A stretch of 45,720 bases of DNA, from positions 1 through 45,720 of IMG/VR virus record IMGVR_UViG_3300024219_000001; one strand, given 5' to 3'. The stretch's first letter is position 1. The number at the start of each line of letters is the position of its first letter. A program made the position numbers and the translations under genes. This DNA comes from a virus. Lineage: Duplodnaviria > Caudoviricetes. Below are positions 23,901-33,309 of this stretch, piece by piece. The notes beneath the pieces are model-generated. The model searched no databases, was not told where the DNA came from, and saw only the letters and a program-made list of their open reading frames with translations.

Positions 23901-26900
23901 TCACTTCTTCTTGTGCTTCGTGGAGACGTGCGGTTGGTACGTCTGGAGTCCCGCGCCGAAGATCGAGAGGATGCCGAGCGCGGCGCCTGCGGACACGCCG
24001 CGCTCTTGCATGGCCTGCTGGATGTCCTGGAAGGAGAGCGGCACGAGGAGGTCCTTCGCGACTCCGGCCGGCGTGACGGGCTCGCCGACCATGTTCTCGC
24101 CGGAGGCGATGTCTAGCGGCACACCGATCGTCGGCGAGAGCTTGGAGCGCAGGAAGTTGAACACGACGTCGGCAGCGGTGCTCTTTCCGTACGGCACGTC
24201 GCCGCGGATCGGCGTCACCTCGCCCGTGGTCGAGCTCTTGGTGGCGCCGGAGGCGAGGCGCGAGAGCAGGACCGTGACCTGCGAGAGCCCGGCCAGCGGG
24301 TCGATGCGGGTATTGCCAACCTTGATCTTGCCGAAGTCGGACGAGCGGGAGTCCGTCTCGATGGTCGGCTTGTCCTTGTCGTCGGACGCGCCGCCGGCCA
24401 GCTTCGCGAGCCCGTAGGCGCCGGCGACACCGATCAGGAAACGCGCGTACTGCGCGGCGATCCTCGTGCGCGTAGCTGTGTCGCCCCCGTAGAACGGCTG
24501 GCCGAGGAGGAGCTGGAAGCGTGAGAGGAGAAGGCGCGGCGACCACAGCGGGATCGAGAGCGCACTGAGGGCGCCCGCGAACTTGCCAGGGTTGCCGCGA
24601 CCGGTCGCGACGTTCACGAAGTTGGCGATCGCCTTGCCTTCTTCCAGCGTCGGCGTGCCGGGGATCGAGCTCACGAGCGCGTCGAAGGCGACCGCGCGCT
24701 GCGAGTTCAGAAACGTGATGAAGGCGCGGTTGGACGCCTTCACGCCCGGGATCTTGTCGGAGAGCGCGGAGCGGATCGCTTCCTCGTGCGGCCCGAGGTC
24801 ATCTCCGTGCTTCGTCAGCTCCAGCTTGGAAGCCTCGCCGAAGGCGTGGAGCGGGCGATTGCGGAGCAGCGTGTCGATCTCCAGGGCGCCGCGCTCGGAG
24901 ACTGTCGCCTTGAGCATGCGCGGGATGTGGATGCGCGCCGTGTCGAGCGGATGCCCGAGCGAGAAGAACGCGCCTTGTCGCAGGACGGCCGAGAAGTCCC
25001 ACGCGGTCATCAGAGCCTTGGGCAGGTTCACCGCCTCTTTGGCCGCGTCCAGGATCTTGCGCATGCGCGTGCGGTTCGCGAGCTCGTGCATGCGCTTCTG
25101 CGTCTCGAACTTACGGCGCGCCTGCTCGTAGTCGGCCTTGAGCTTGAGCGCTTCGCGGTCGAGCGCGAGCGGGGGCGGTTTCGGCTTCGGACCGAACTCG
25201 CCGCGCGTCATCAGGTCTTCCAGGTCGGAGATCCGATTGCGCAGGTAGGTCTTCCGCGACTCCAGGCGGCTCTTGAGCTGCGTCGCCGGGTCCGTCACGC
25301 GGATTCCGAGGCGACGCGAGAGGTCATTGACCTGCTTGATGAGGCGCCGTTCGGTGTCGGTCGGCTCGCGACGTTCGAACCCAGTCTTGAGCGGCGGGAG
25401 CCCCGCGTTGAGCTCCTCCAGCTTGGCGATCTGCTGCATCTGCCCCTTCAGGTCTCGCAGCTTGGTCGCGACCTCGCCCTTGCTGAGCTGGCGGAACTGG
25501 CCGTAGCCCGAAATCGCGTCCATCGTCTGGCGGCGCGTGATCCCGGGCGCGACCTCCTGGAGGGCGCCATGGACGGCATCGATCAGCGGCTCGCGTTCGG
25601 TGATGCCGGTGGCGACGAAGTGCGCGGCGAGTTTCTGTATCTGCGGGCCGAGCTCTTCGAGCTGTGAGCCGGCCGCGAGCTTGGTGGCGATCGGCTCGGT
25701 AAGCGTCGCCGCGTGGACCTTGCGAGCCGCCTCCCACGCCGGCTCAAGGTACGGCCGGATGTGCTCGCCGATGCGCGCGACCATCTCCTCCGCCCATGCG
25801 GCGAAGTGCTGGTAGCCGATCTTGAGGTGCTCGGCCGCGAGCTTGACCGTGAGCGCGAGCGTGTCCGTGTCGAGACCGGTGCGCGCGCGCTGCGACAGCT
25901 TCGCGAGCTCGTTCACCATCGCGTCGATCTTGGCGCGCGATTCGGCGATGGCGGCTTTGCGCTTCGAGACGCGCGCCGGCTGCGTCGCTTCTGTCTTGAG
26001 GCGCAGGAGCGCGTTCTCGGCTTCGAGTGCGGTGCGCTTGACCTCAGCGGCGGCCACGTACTCCTCGTGCGCCTTCGCGGCGGCGGCGAGCTTGTCGTGG
26101 AGCTCGCGCACGTTCGCGCGTTCGGACTCGGTCAGCGGCGCGCCACCCTTCGCGACCTGAATCGCGCGCTCCATCTCGGCGAGCGAGTAATCGCGCGCGA
26201 TCATCATGCGGCGGATGCGGAGCGACTGGGCGCTCTCGGTGCCGGCCTTGGTGACAACGTCGGCGGCGCGCGCATAGTTCTCGACCGCGGCGTCGATGCG
26301 CGCTTGGTTCTCCGGCGTCGGATCGGCGTTGAACGCGGCTTGCGCGGCATCGCGCTCGACGATCAGTCGGTTGACCTCCAACGCGAGGAGCGCGCCCTCG
26401 TCGGCGGTTGGAGGGCGCGGGCCGGCTTCCAGGTCGTTGACGAGCCGTTCGCCCGCGTGCGGATCGGCGCGGAGCTGCTCCATCGCGCGCGCGTGCCGGT
26501 CGATGTCGGCGACGCGCTCGCCGTGCTCGGCCGGCGGGAGGCCCATCTCCGCGAGTTGCGCATCGACCGTGCGATTCTTGATGCCGGTCGTGCGGATCGG
26601 TTCAGTGCCCGGCCCCGTGGATGGGGCAGCCGACGCCGGGCGGTCGGCCGAAAGTGGGCTCGCAACACCCTGCCCGGCGCTCTCACGGGTCACGCTGGAA
26701 GGACCGCCCTCCGCCTCGGCCACCCCGAGCGGTGCCTCCGTGGCGATTGTCGGCGCAGCTTGCGCTGCGGGAGGTTCCGTCTCGCGGACGGCGGAGGGCG
26801 GAGTCGGAAAGTAGCCCCATTCGGCGAGATCATCGCCAGCCCACCGTACGTCAGAGGCTTTGACGGTGAAGGCGTTTACGGTGTCGCCCGGATCAGCCGC

Positions 26901-29390
26901 GCCCTCGGCGTACTTTTTAGAGAAAGTCACCCAGTCGCCGGAGTTCAGCTCGTTCTTTGGACTGGCGCGGTAGATCGTGACGAGTGCGTCGGGGTTGCCT
27001 CGCGCCTTCTTCAGCGCGAGCTTGGTGGCGTTCAGGATCGGACCTTCGAACCCCGTGTAGAGGTCTGGCCTCTCGTAGATGTCTCGCGGCGCGCTATCGC
27101 CTTCGAGAAGGTCGTGCGCTGGCGGGCCATCAGCCGAGGGCCGATGCTCCATGCCGTATTCGGGCGTCGCCGCCTCCTTCGGCTCTTCGAGCTTCTTCGC
27201 GGCCTCGGTCACTTGCTCGGGGTTCGCGGGTGGCGTCTCGCCGCGGCCGAGGCGACGCGCGGCCTTCTCGATCGCCTTAGGCGTCGCGGTCATCTCTTCT
27301 AGCGAGAGGTGCTCGCCGCGCATGACTCGATCGGCGGCGAGGTCTTCGTCGGAGCGCGGGCGCGCGGCGCGCTTCGCCGCGTCGAACACGTCGAGCGTGG
27401 CGCGCGCCTTCGTGACCGCGGCCTGCATGTAGCGCGTCTGCGCCTGCTCCTTCGACGAGCCGAAGTCCTCGGACGGGACGACCTTGGTGGCGTCGAGCAG
27501 ATCCTTCAGCGTGTCGTCGAGCTCGGTGGTGGGGATGTTCGCCGCGCGACGTTGGTCGAGCACCCGCTCGGCGGTTTGGATCGCCGCGGGGAGGTCTTCG
27601 CCCGCGTCCTCGTCGGCGCGCTCGTGTTCCTGGACGAGCCCGCGCATGGCGGAGACGAGATCGGCCGTGCGTGTGGTCGGCTTCTCCTCGCGCGCGGGCT
27701 GCTCCTTCGCGCGCTTCGCAACGTCCTCGGCGTAGGTGACCTCTCGCACTGGGACCGAGTCGAAGCCGAGCGCCTTCGCGGCCTCGATGCGGTGTGACCC
27801 GTCGTCGATCACGAGCTTCTCGCCTTCGCGGTGCGCGATCACCGGCGGGAGTTCCTCGCCGGACTCCATCGCGGCCTTGATCTCCTCGACCTTGGCGGCC
27901 TCGGGCTTCTTCGCCGGGTTGAACTCGTGGAGGTCAGCGATCGGCACGACCTCGACCGGGCCGAGTTCGTCGCCGGGCTGGACCGAGGAGTTGCTCGCCG
28001 GCTCCTCGGTGTGCGCGTAAGTCTTGGGTTCAGTGGAGCCGGCCGAGGGTGGAGTCGAACCACCAACCGGCGCCAAGGCGCCCTCTGCCACTTGAGCTAC
28101 TCGGGCCGGCTCCTCGGCCACTGTAGCGGCCTGTGGCTGTTGCGTTGCGTTGCGTTGCGCTTCCGCGCGCGCCTCGTCCGAGACCTGCTCGATGGTCTTG
28201 TGGCCAGGCTGCGGTGCCGGCGCGGGCGGCGCTTCGTCCGTGAACGCGTGGGCTGCCCCGTGGGCGAGGCCGCCGACCGAGCCGGCGGTGAGCCCACCGA
28301 AGACCAAGCCGAGCGCCCCGGCCTTCCCAGCGCTCTCCAGACGCTGGAGGAACGACATCTCCTTCGGGGTCAGCGCGGTCTCGGCGGCGTCCTGGAGCGC
28401 CTGCTGGACGGTCTCCTGCGCCCCTTCTTCGATCGTCTCGGTCGCGACCTGCACCAGGAAGCGCCCGAGGCCCCCCTCGGTGAACTTGTCGAGCTTCGAG
28501 AGGATCGGCCCGGCGCCGATGGCCTCGGTGGCGCCGATCCCGAGGCCGAGCGCGAGCCCGGTCCACGCCTTCGCCTCGTCGCCGGTCGCCGCGAGGATGT
28601 CGCGGTGCATGGCGATCCCGGACTGGGCGGCCCCGGTGGCGGCGACCGTGAGCGGCCCGAGCTGGCCGGCGATCATCAGCGGCGCCGTAGTTCCCGCCAC
28701 GTAAGGGAGTTGCGCTCCGATACTGCCGCCGCGCTGGTTGCTAGGAGCGGCCTCCTGCGCGTCCTGCTCGATGAAGCGCCCGAGCTCGGCCGCCTTCTGG
28801 GCGCCGTGCACGATCATCGGGATGTGCCGCTCCAGGATCTCGGGCGGGATCACCTTCCCGAGCGCCTGCACCGCGAGCTCCGGCCCCTGCGCCAGCGTCG
28901 CGATGCCCTCGCTGTAGCCGATGGCGGCCTTCTCCAGCGGGCTCGGCTTGTAGAGCGGGAGTTCCGAGAGGATCTCGTCGGCAACGGATCCGATCTCCTC
29001 GTCGGTGCGCTGCGCGGGCCGTTCTAGGCTGCGCGCCTGCTCCTCGTGGATCCGTTCTGCGGCGGCATCGGCGCTCTTCACGTCTCGGAACTTGCCGAGG
29101 TGCTTGCCGGTCTTCCTGTAGAGCGCGATGGCGTCGTCGTCGGAAACCACGCGACCATCGTCCGTTACGGTCGGGATCAGGACTTCCTTGCCGTCTTCCT
29201 CGAAGCTGATGGAGCGGACGGTACTGATCGAGCCGTCGGCGTTCTTGACGCGCGGGCGATGCGTCAGGTCGATGTTGCCTGGCTCGATCTCGCCGCCAGG
29301 AGCCTGCGCGGCCCGAGCCCGCTTCTTCGGCAGGCCGGCGAGGATCTCGTCCGCCACCGCGCCGAGTTGGTCGTCGATCGCCTGCGCCAC
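23901..29390 (-). CDS. Large polyvalent ejection-type protein (1829 aa) with ParB-like and ADP-ribosyltransferase-like domains
   Basis: Ala/Gly-rich hydrophobic segment with E..EE..QE motif, ParB motif [20 protein letters not shown]...WVTFS..YA...EWGY domain, helical C-terminus. Confidence 0.75.
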   Translation of the reverse strand: MAQAIDDQLGAVADEILAGLPKKRARAAQAPGGEIEPGNIDLTHRPRVKNADGSISTVRSISFEEDGKEVLIPTVTDDGRVVSDDDAIALYRKTGKHLGKFRDVKSADAAAERIHEEQARSLERPAQRTDEEIGSVADEILSELPLYKPSPLEKAAIGYSEGIATLAQGPELAVQALGKVIPPEILERHIPMIVHGAQKAAELGRFIEQDAQEAAPSNQRGGSIGAQLPYVAGTTAPLMIAGQLGPLTVAATGAAQSGIAMHRDILAATGDEAKAWTGLALGLGIGATEAIGAGPILSKLDKFTEGGLGRFLVQVATETIEEGAQETVQQALQDAAETALTPKEMSFLQRLESAGKAGALGLVFGGLTAGSVGGLAHGAAHAFTDEAPPAPAPQPGHKTIEQVSDEARAEAQRNATQQPQAATVAEEPARVAQVAEGALAPVGGSTPPSAGSTEPKTYAHTEEPASNSSVQPGDELGPVEVVPIADLHEFNPAKKPEAAKVEEIKAAMESGEELPPVIAHREGEKLVIDDGSHRIEAAKALGFDSVPVREVTYAEDVAKRAKEQPAREEKPTTRTADLVSAMRGLVQEHERADEDAGEDLPAAIQTAERVLDQRRAANIPTTELDDTLKDLLDATKVVPSEDFGSSKEQAQTRYMQAAVTKARATLDVFDAAKRAARPRSDEDLAADRVMRGEHLSLEEMTATPKAIEKAARRLGRGETPPANPEQVTEAAKKLEEPKEAATPEYGMEHRPSADGPPAHDLLEGDSAPRDIYERPDLYTGFEGPILNATKLALKKARGNPDALVTIYRASPKNELNSGDWVTFSKKYAEGAADPGDTVNAFTVKASDVRWAGDDLAEWGYFPTPPSAVRETEPPAAQAAPTIATEAPLGVAEAEGGPSSVTRESAGQGVASPLSADRPASAAPSTGPGTEPIRTTGIKNRTVDAQLAEMGLPPAEHGERVADIDRHARAMEQLRADPHAGERLVNDLEAGPRPPTADEGALLALEVNRLIVERDAAQAAFNADPTPENQARIDAAVENYARAADVVTKAGTESAQSLRIRRMMIARDYSLAEMERAIQVAKGGAPLTESERANVRELHDKLAAAAKAHEEYVAAAEVKRTALEAENALLRLKTEATQPARVSKRKAAIAESRAKIDAMVNELAKLSQRARTGLDTDTLALTVKLAAEHLKIGYQHFAAWAEEMVARIGEHIRPYLEPAWEAARKVHAATLTEPIATKLAAGSQLEELGPQIQKLAAHFVATGITEREPLIDAVHGALQEVAPGITRRQTMDAISGYGQFRQLSKGEVATKLRDLKGQMQQIAKLEELNAGLPPLKTGFERREPTDTERRLIKQVNDLSRRLGIRVTDPATQLKSRLESRKTYLRNRISDLEDLMTRGEFGPKPKPPPLALDREALKLKADYEQARRKFETQKRMHELANRTRMRKILDAAKEAVNLPKALMTAWDFSAVLRQGAFFSLGHPLDTARIHIPRMLKATVSERGALEIDTLLRNRPLHAFGEASKLELTKHGDDLGPHEEAIRSALSDKIPGVKASNRAFITFLNSQRAVAFDALVSSIPGTPTLEEGKAIANFVNVATGRGNPGKFAGALSALSIPLWSPRLLLSRFQLLLGQPFYGGDTATRTRIAAQYARFLIGVAGAYGLAKLAGGASDDKDKPTIETDSRSSDFGKIKVGNTRIDPLAGLSQVTVLLSRLASGATKSSTTGEVTPIRGDVPYGKSTAADVVFNFLRSKLSPTIGVPLDIASGENMVGEPVTPAGVAKDLLVPLSFQDIQQAMQERGVSAGAALGILSIFGAGLQTYQPHVSTKHKKK
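28040..28106 (-). ncRNA. tRNA-like element with truncated anticodon arm inside the 1829-aa CDS
   Basis: GCCCGAG/CTCGGCC acceptor (6 of 7 pairs), TAGCTCAAGTGGCAGAG D arm, GGTGG-TTCGACT-CCACC T arm. Confidence 0.6.
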
Positions 29391-29401
29391 GCGGCAAGAG
29401 T

Positions 29402-29737
29402 AAGGGCCGCCCTAGGTGGAAACCAGGAGCGGCCCTTGAACGCTGTACCTGTTTCCAGGTACACCGCTGCTCGAATCACCAAGCAGGCGCGAGTCTAAGC
29501 CGCTGCGGCGCCGATCATCAAGACCCCCGGTACTCGGGTGTGGCCTGAGGGCCTCAGAAGAGCGGCGCCAAGGGACCACGCGAAGTCCACGGGCCTGGCC
29601 GGCCCGTGGCCAGCATGGGCTGGGCTCCGGGGGATGGTTAGCCGCGCAGGTCGTCGAAATGGTCGATACGTCCCCACCTTCATGCCGGACCCACCGAACC
29701 CGGGCCGAGCACCCAGAAGGGCCGCGTAGGCCCTTCT
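29402..29737. other. Dense hairpin array in non-coding region (candidate origin or ncRNA)
   Basis: At least six stem-loops read directly from the sequence. Confidence 0.6.
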
Positions 29738-29774
29738 TCCGCCCCTACCCACCCCAAACCGAACTGGAAGCCAG

Positions 29775-30215
29775 ATGTCGCGATCGTACGACGAGAAGCT
29801 GCTGGATCCTCGCTGGCAGCGGAGACGCCTAGAAGTGATGGCACGCGACAATTGGAGCTGTCGTGCGTGCGGCCGACAGGACAAGACTCTTCACGTTCAC
29901 CATGGCGTATACGAGCGTGGCGTACAGCCTTGGGAGGCGCGCCTAACGACGCTCTGGACGCTATGCGCTGGTTGTCATCAGGAAGCCTCGCGAGCGACGA
30001 TTGATCTTGCCGTAGCAATCGGCCGTCTGAACCCTCGTCTGCTTCGCAAGTTGATCGTGATCGTTCGCCTGGCCGCCGCGGGTCTCGAAGACGAGCTTGA
30101 CGGGCGTCCGCGGAGCGATGCCGAACTGGCCGCGATTCGTTCTGTGTTCGTTGCTTGGGAAGCGTCCGACTCGGCTGAGCGCGAGAAGGACAACGATGAT
30201 CGGTGCCTGCTCTGA
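29775..30215 (+). CDS. HNH endonuclease (Zn-binding)
   Basis: YDEKLLDPRWQRRR...RDNWSCRACG..LHVHH..Y....PWE...TLCAGCH. Confidence 0.88.
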   Translation: MSRSYDEKLLDPRWQRRRLEVMARDNWSCRACGRQDKTLHVHHGVYERGVQPWEARLTTLWTLCAGCHQEASRATIDLAVAIGRLNPRLLRKLIVIVRLAAAGLEDELDGRPRSDAELAAIRSVFVAWEASDSAEREKDNDDRCLL

Positions 30216-30404
30216 TCCGTCTCCGGAGGGCGAGCCGCGCGAGCCCGCATCCGAACGGTCCACCGAGAACGAAGTGACCCGCTGGACGTTCCCGCGAGCG
30301 CGTAGCGCGTGAGGGTCTGGGCGCCGAAGGCGCTACCTAGATCCGTGGAGTGGTAGGCGGCTGGAACCCGGAGTGAGCTCCAGCCGCAGACCGGCCGATC
30401 CGGC

Positions 30405-30433
30405 TTGACGCATCGGATGGCCAAGCGCAGGCT
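30405..30433 (+). promoter_or_regulatory. Leaderless promoter TTGACG-N17-CAGGCT
   Basis: ATG at 30440 lies 6 nt downstream; no Shine-Dalgarno sequence. Confidence 0.55.
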
Positions 30434-30439
30434 ATAGCC

Positions 30440-31258
30440 ATGAGCAAGAAAAACCACGCCGTCATCGTCAAGGAAGAAACCATCACGCCCGCGAGAGCGA
30501 CCGAACTCCTCGTTGGTGTCAAGAACGTCCGCCGCGCCCGCTTCGACCACGTCGCGATGCTCGCGCGCGCGATGCGTGAAGGCGAATGGGAGCTGAACGG
30601 CTGCACCATCAAGATCGACAAGGCGGGTTCCGTGATCGACGGTGAGCACCGCCTGCGCGCCTGCGTCTCGGCGGAGAAGCCGTTCCGAACTCTCGTCGCG
30701 TACGGCGTCGAAGCGTCATCGACCATCGACACCGGATTCCGCGCGCGCACCGTCGGGCAGCTCGTTCACGCGGAGGGGATCAAGCGTTCGTCGATCGTGG
30801 CGTCGATAGCGCGACTAAAGCTGATGCTGGACGACCACGGCGATTTCGAGTGCATCGGCCAGACCAAGGCCAAGCTCGGGATCAGCGTGCAACGCCTCAA
30901 GACGCTCATCGACGCGAACGCCGAGGAGCTGCAAGAGGCGGCGCGAATAGCGGCGTCCCCAGCCGCGGTCACCGGCCTTCCGAGCGGCGCGCTCGGGCTC
31001 GTTGCGTTCATGGCGGCGAAGAACCCGGCCATGCCTGGATTCATGGCTGGTCTAGAGACGGGCGAGGGGCTTCGGAAGGGCAATCCGGCCTTCGCGCTGC
31101 GCGAACGAGCACTCAACGTCGGACGGCGCGCGCGGCTTCCGTTCCGCGACAACTGCGCGCTGATCTTCAAGGCGTGGAACGCCTACGTGCGCAAGGAGCC
31201 GATGCCGCTCTTGAAGTGGATCGGGATCAACGAGAAGATCCAGACTCCGCTCGCGTGA
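30440..31258 (+). CDS. ParB/Srx-like N-terminal domain protein (272 aa)
   Basis: ITPARA..LL....NVR...AMREGEWELNG..I...G.VIDGEHRL.A motif. Confidence 0.8.
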   Translation: MSKKNHAVIVKEETITPARATELLVGVKNVRRARFDHVAMLARAMREGEWELNGCTIKIDKAGSVIDGEHRLRACVSAEKPFRTLVAYGVEASSTIDTGFRARTVGQLVHAEGIKRSSIVASIARLKLMLDDHGDFECIGQTKAKLGISVQRLKTLIDANAEELQEAARIAASPAAVTGLPSGALGLVAFMAAKNPAMPGFMAGLETGEGLRKGNPAFALRERALNVGRRARLPFRDNCALIFKAWNAYVRKEPMPLLKWIGINEKIQTPLA

Positions 31259-31404
31259 AAGTCACGCGCCTAGTCTGCCGCGTCTGCGGCCACTCGTGGA
31301 TCCCACGATCTACGCGCCTTCCGGCCGTCTGTCCGAAGCGTGCGTGCCGCTCGCGTGCGTGGAACGATCCGAAGCGGAAGCCGCATGCACCCAGGGCAAC
31401 GTGA
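31255..31404 (+). CDS. Small Zn-ribbon protein (CRVCGHSW.PR...CPKRAC.S..WN)
   Basis: GTGA coupling; motif. Confidence 0.65.
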   Translation: MKVTRLVCRVCGHSWIPRSTRLPAVCPKRACRSRAWNDPKRKPHAPRAT

Positions 31405-31594
31405 GTTCCTCAAGCAACTGCGCGCTGAGATCGCGCTGGAGCTCTACGAGGAGCGCGCGGCGATCATGGAGTACGACGGCGGGCTGCCGCGCGCCGACGC
31501 TGAACGCCTAGCGCTGCTCGCGCATCCTCCGCCGCACTGCCGAGGTCCTCACGAGAAAGCGGGCCGCCGCTCCCGTGAGCAACGGCCCGCCTGA
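31385..31594 (+). CDS. Small protein with EERAAIMEYDGGLPR motif
   Basis: Motif I recall from phage replication-region proteins; GGAAG RBS. Confidence 0.6.
   Translation: MHPGQREFLKQLRAEIALELYEERAAIMEYDGGLPRADAERLALLAHPPPHCRGPHEKAGRRSREQRPA
31554..31590 (-). terminator. Intrinsic terminator candidate
   Basis: GCGGGCCG/CGGCCCGC stem followed by TTTCT on minus, at a convergent junction. Confidence 0.5.
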
Positions 31595-31617
31595 GCACCA
31601 GACTGCTGGCTTGAAGC

Positions 31618-31953
31618 CTACGGCTCGTCGGTCGGAGCGCCCACGGTCGTGTTCTGGCTGCCGGGCGCGGCGCGCGTGACGGTGAACGTCACGGTGTCGG
31701 GCGGGAGTCCGGTCGTGGTGACGGTGACGACGGCGACGCCGACGTCAGTCGAGAGGCAGTCCGCGTTCATCCCGTCCGGGCGCACGACCACTTCCACGAT
31801 CTCCGGGTGGTCACTGACGAACGTGGTTGTGACTCCCGGCGGGTAGTCGGCCGTCGAAGCGTATGGCTTCGGAGTCGGGCGGGCCTTGTCGAAGACGGTG
31901 ACGCCGATCGCGACCTCTTGGTCGGTGGACATCGTTGCGGTTAGGGCGGCCAT
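31618..31953 (-). CDS. Ig-like domain protein (111 aa)
   Basis: TFVSDHPEIVEV...GVAVVTVT pattern typical of bacterial Ig-like group 2 domains. Confidence 0.65.
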   Translation of the reverse strand: MAALTATMSTDQEVAIGVTVFDKARPTPKPYASTADYPPGVTTTFVSDHPEIVEVVVRPDGMNADCLSTDVGVAVVTVTTTGLPPDTVTFTVTRAAPGSQNTTVGAPTDEP

Positions 31954-31956
31954 GGA

Positions 31957-32175
31957 TCAGTTCTCCAGTTGGGGTAGTCCGACGGTGAGTATCTGCGAGC
32001 CGACCTCGCGGGGCGGCGTGTTCGGTGGACGCGTGTTCTCCTCGATACGCGACAGCAGGCGCTGGATGATGACGAGGCGGCTGTCCAGGTCGCGGCGCAG
32101 GATGCGAAGCTGGCGCGTCCGCTCGACGTGCTGCTCCCTCAAGAGGCAGAGGAGCGGTTCGAGGGAGTGATCCAT
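31957..32175 (-). CDS. Small coiled-coil protein (72 aa)
   Basis: Leaderless promoter TAGACA-N17-CACCAT-N6-ATG (32182-32210). Confidence 0.6.
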   Translation of the reverse strand: MDHSLEPLLCLLREQHVERTRQLRILRRDLDSRLVIIQRLLSRIEENTRPPNTPPREVGSQILTVGLPQLEN

Positions 32176-32207
32176 CCGGGCATGGTGGGCCGCGTTCGCC
32201 AGGATGT

Positions 32208-32417
32208 CTACGAAGCCCTTTCGGAGCGCCCCTCTGCGAGCCCGCGCGCGTGAGCTTCCTTGTCAGTCAGCGCGACGAGGGCGTCCTTCATCGAGTTCGT
32301 TGCTCTGTGAACATTCTCGATCTTGCGCGTGGCGCGGATGCCGACGACGAGCGACACGAGCGCGACCGTCGTGGGGGGAATGCTCGTCACGAGCGCAACA
32401 AGTACGGCGTCCGTCAT
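32208..32417 (-). CDS. Holin-like membrane protein (69 aa, MTDAVLVALVTSIPPT...)
   Basis: N-terminal hydrophobic segment then VHRATNSMKDAL; ATGA coupling. Confidence 0.55.
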   Translation of the reverse strand: MTDAVLVALVTSIPPTTVALVSLVVGIRATRKIENVHRATNSMKDALVALTDKEAHARGLAEGRSERAS

Positions 32418-32647
32418 TGGTTCTCGTCGAGCGGCCAGGAGATGACGATGCCGAGCTTCTCGCCGATCTTCGTGACGTTCGACTGGAGCGCCTTCTGGCG
32501 GTGCTCGACGTCGTCGAGCCGGCGGCGCACATCGGCCCACGCGAGCGTCCCCGTGACTGCGGCGGCGGTCGCGATGCTCGCGAGCGTCCAGGCCATCCGG
32601 AGCGTGACCTTCGTCTCAGGCACGATGGCATGCTGTCCGTTCGTCAT
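32414..32647 (-). CDS. Single-TM plus coiled-coil protein (77 aa), holin-like
   Basis: Hydrophobic helix followed by heptads; ATGA coupling. Confidence 0.5.
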   Translation of the reverse strand: MTNGQHAIVPETKVTLRMAWTLASIATAAAVTGTLAWADVRRRLDDVEHRQKALQSNVTKIGEKLGIVISWPLDENQ

Positions 32648-32763
32648 CGGGTTCGCTTCTGCTTCGTGGCGACCTTCTTCTTGGGCTTCGCCTTGATCGG
32701 GAAAGGGCGGATCGGTGCCGGACGTCGGCCGCGTCGGACTCTGGGGGTTACGGTGCCTGTCAT
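32644..32763 (-). CDS. Small basic peptide (39 aa)
   Basis: AAGGAG RBS; ATGA overlaps at both ends. Confidence 0.5.
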   Translation of the reverse strand: MTGTVTPRVRRGRRPAPIRPFPIKAKPKKKVATKQKRTR

Positions 32764-33218
32764 CGGGTCTCCTTAACGTGGCTGAAGAAGTCGTCACGGT
32801 CCTCGGCGAGGACGCGAAGCGCAAGCGGAATCAGATCGTCGTCGGGTAGCCCACCGTCGTCCGGCGGCAGGCACCGCACGACGATCTCAGAAAAGAGACT
32901 GCGCGCATCGTCCCCGCGGTCTCGTAGGGCCGCGGCGAGGCTGAAGAGCGTCGCCGGGTCGTCGTCGAGCAGCCGGAACCGCACGTCGAGCTCGGCGTCG
33001 TGCATTCCGAGCGCCGCGTAGGTGTCCGCGAGTTCCTCCGGGTCGTTGCCGTCCTGAGCGCACGTCAGCGCCTCGCCAAGGCGCCCGCGGTCGCGGTACC
33101 ACACCGCCATGCCTGCGGCCTCTGCCGGTCCTGGTGGGGCCCCCCAGGAGTCTGGCGGCCCGCAGGCGGTCGCGCCGGCCACCGCGGCGATGAGAAAGCG
33201 CCCGACCGCCCCGTTCAT
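32760..33218 (-). CDS. TPR-like, possibly lipoprotein (152 aa)
   Basis: Signal-like N-terminus ending ATA-C; LADTYAALG and LFSLAAAL helical repeats. Confidence 0.55.
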   Translation of the reverse strand: MNGAVGRFLIAAVAGATACGPPDSWGAPPGPAEAAGMAVWYRDRGRLGEALTCAQDGNDPEELADTYAALGMHDAELDVRFRLLDDDPATLFSLAAALRDRGDDARSLFSEIVVRCLPPDDGGLPDDDLIPLALRVLAEDRDDFFSHVKETR

Positions 33219-33309
33219 GGGCGATCAACCAGTGCCGGCCTGGGGAGTTTCCAGGCACCACAAGCGGCCGGGCGCAGGAGGAGCATGACGCTCCCAGTCT
33301 ACCCGGACG

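Noticed and set aside
26620-26740. Third tRNA-like element in another linker of the ejection protein
   Set aside because: Some complementarity (GGCCGAG...TTCGGCC) but no T-loop or D-arm consensus.
29402-30422. CRISPR mini-array, group I intron or IscB/TnpB element
   Set aside because: No regularly spaced direct repeats, no interrupted host gene or recognisable intron core, and the HNH has no RuvC motifs.
30440-31258. ParABS partition system of a phage-plasmid
   Set aside because: No ParA ATPase, Rep protein or parS/iteron array seen; this ParB-like family is common in phages.
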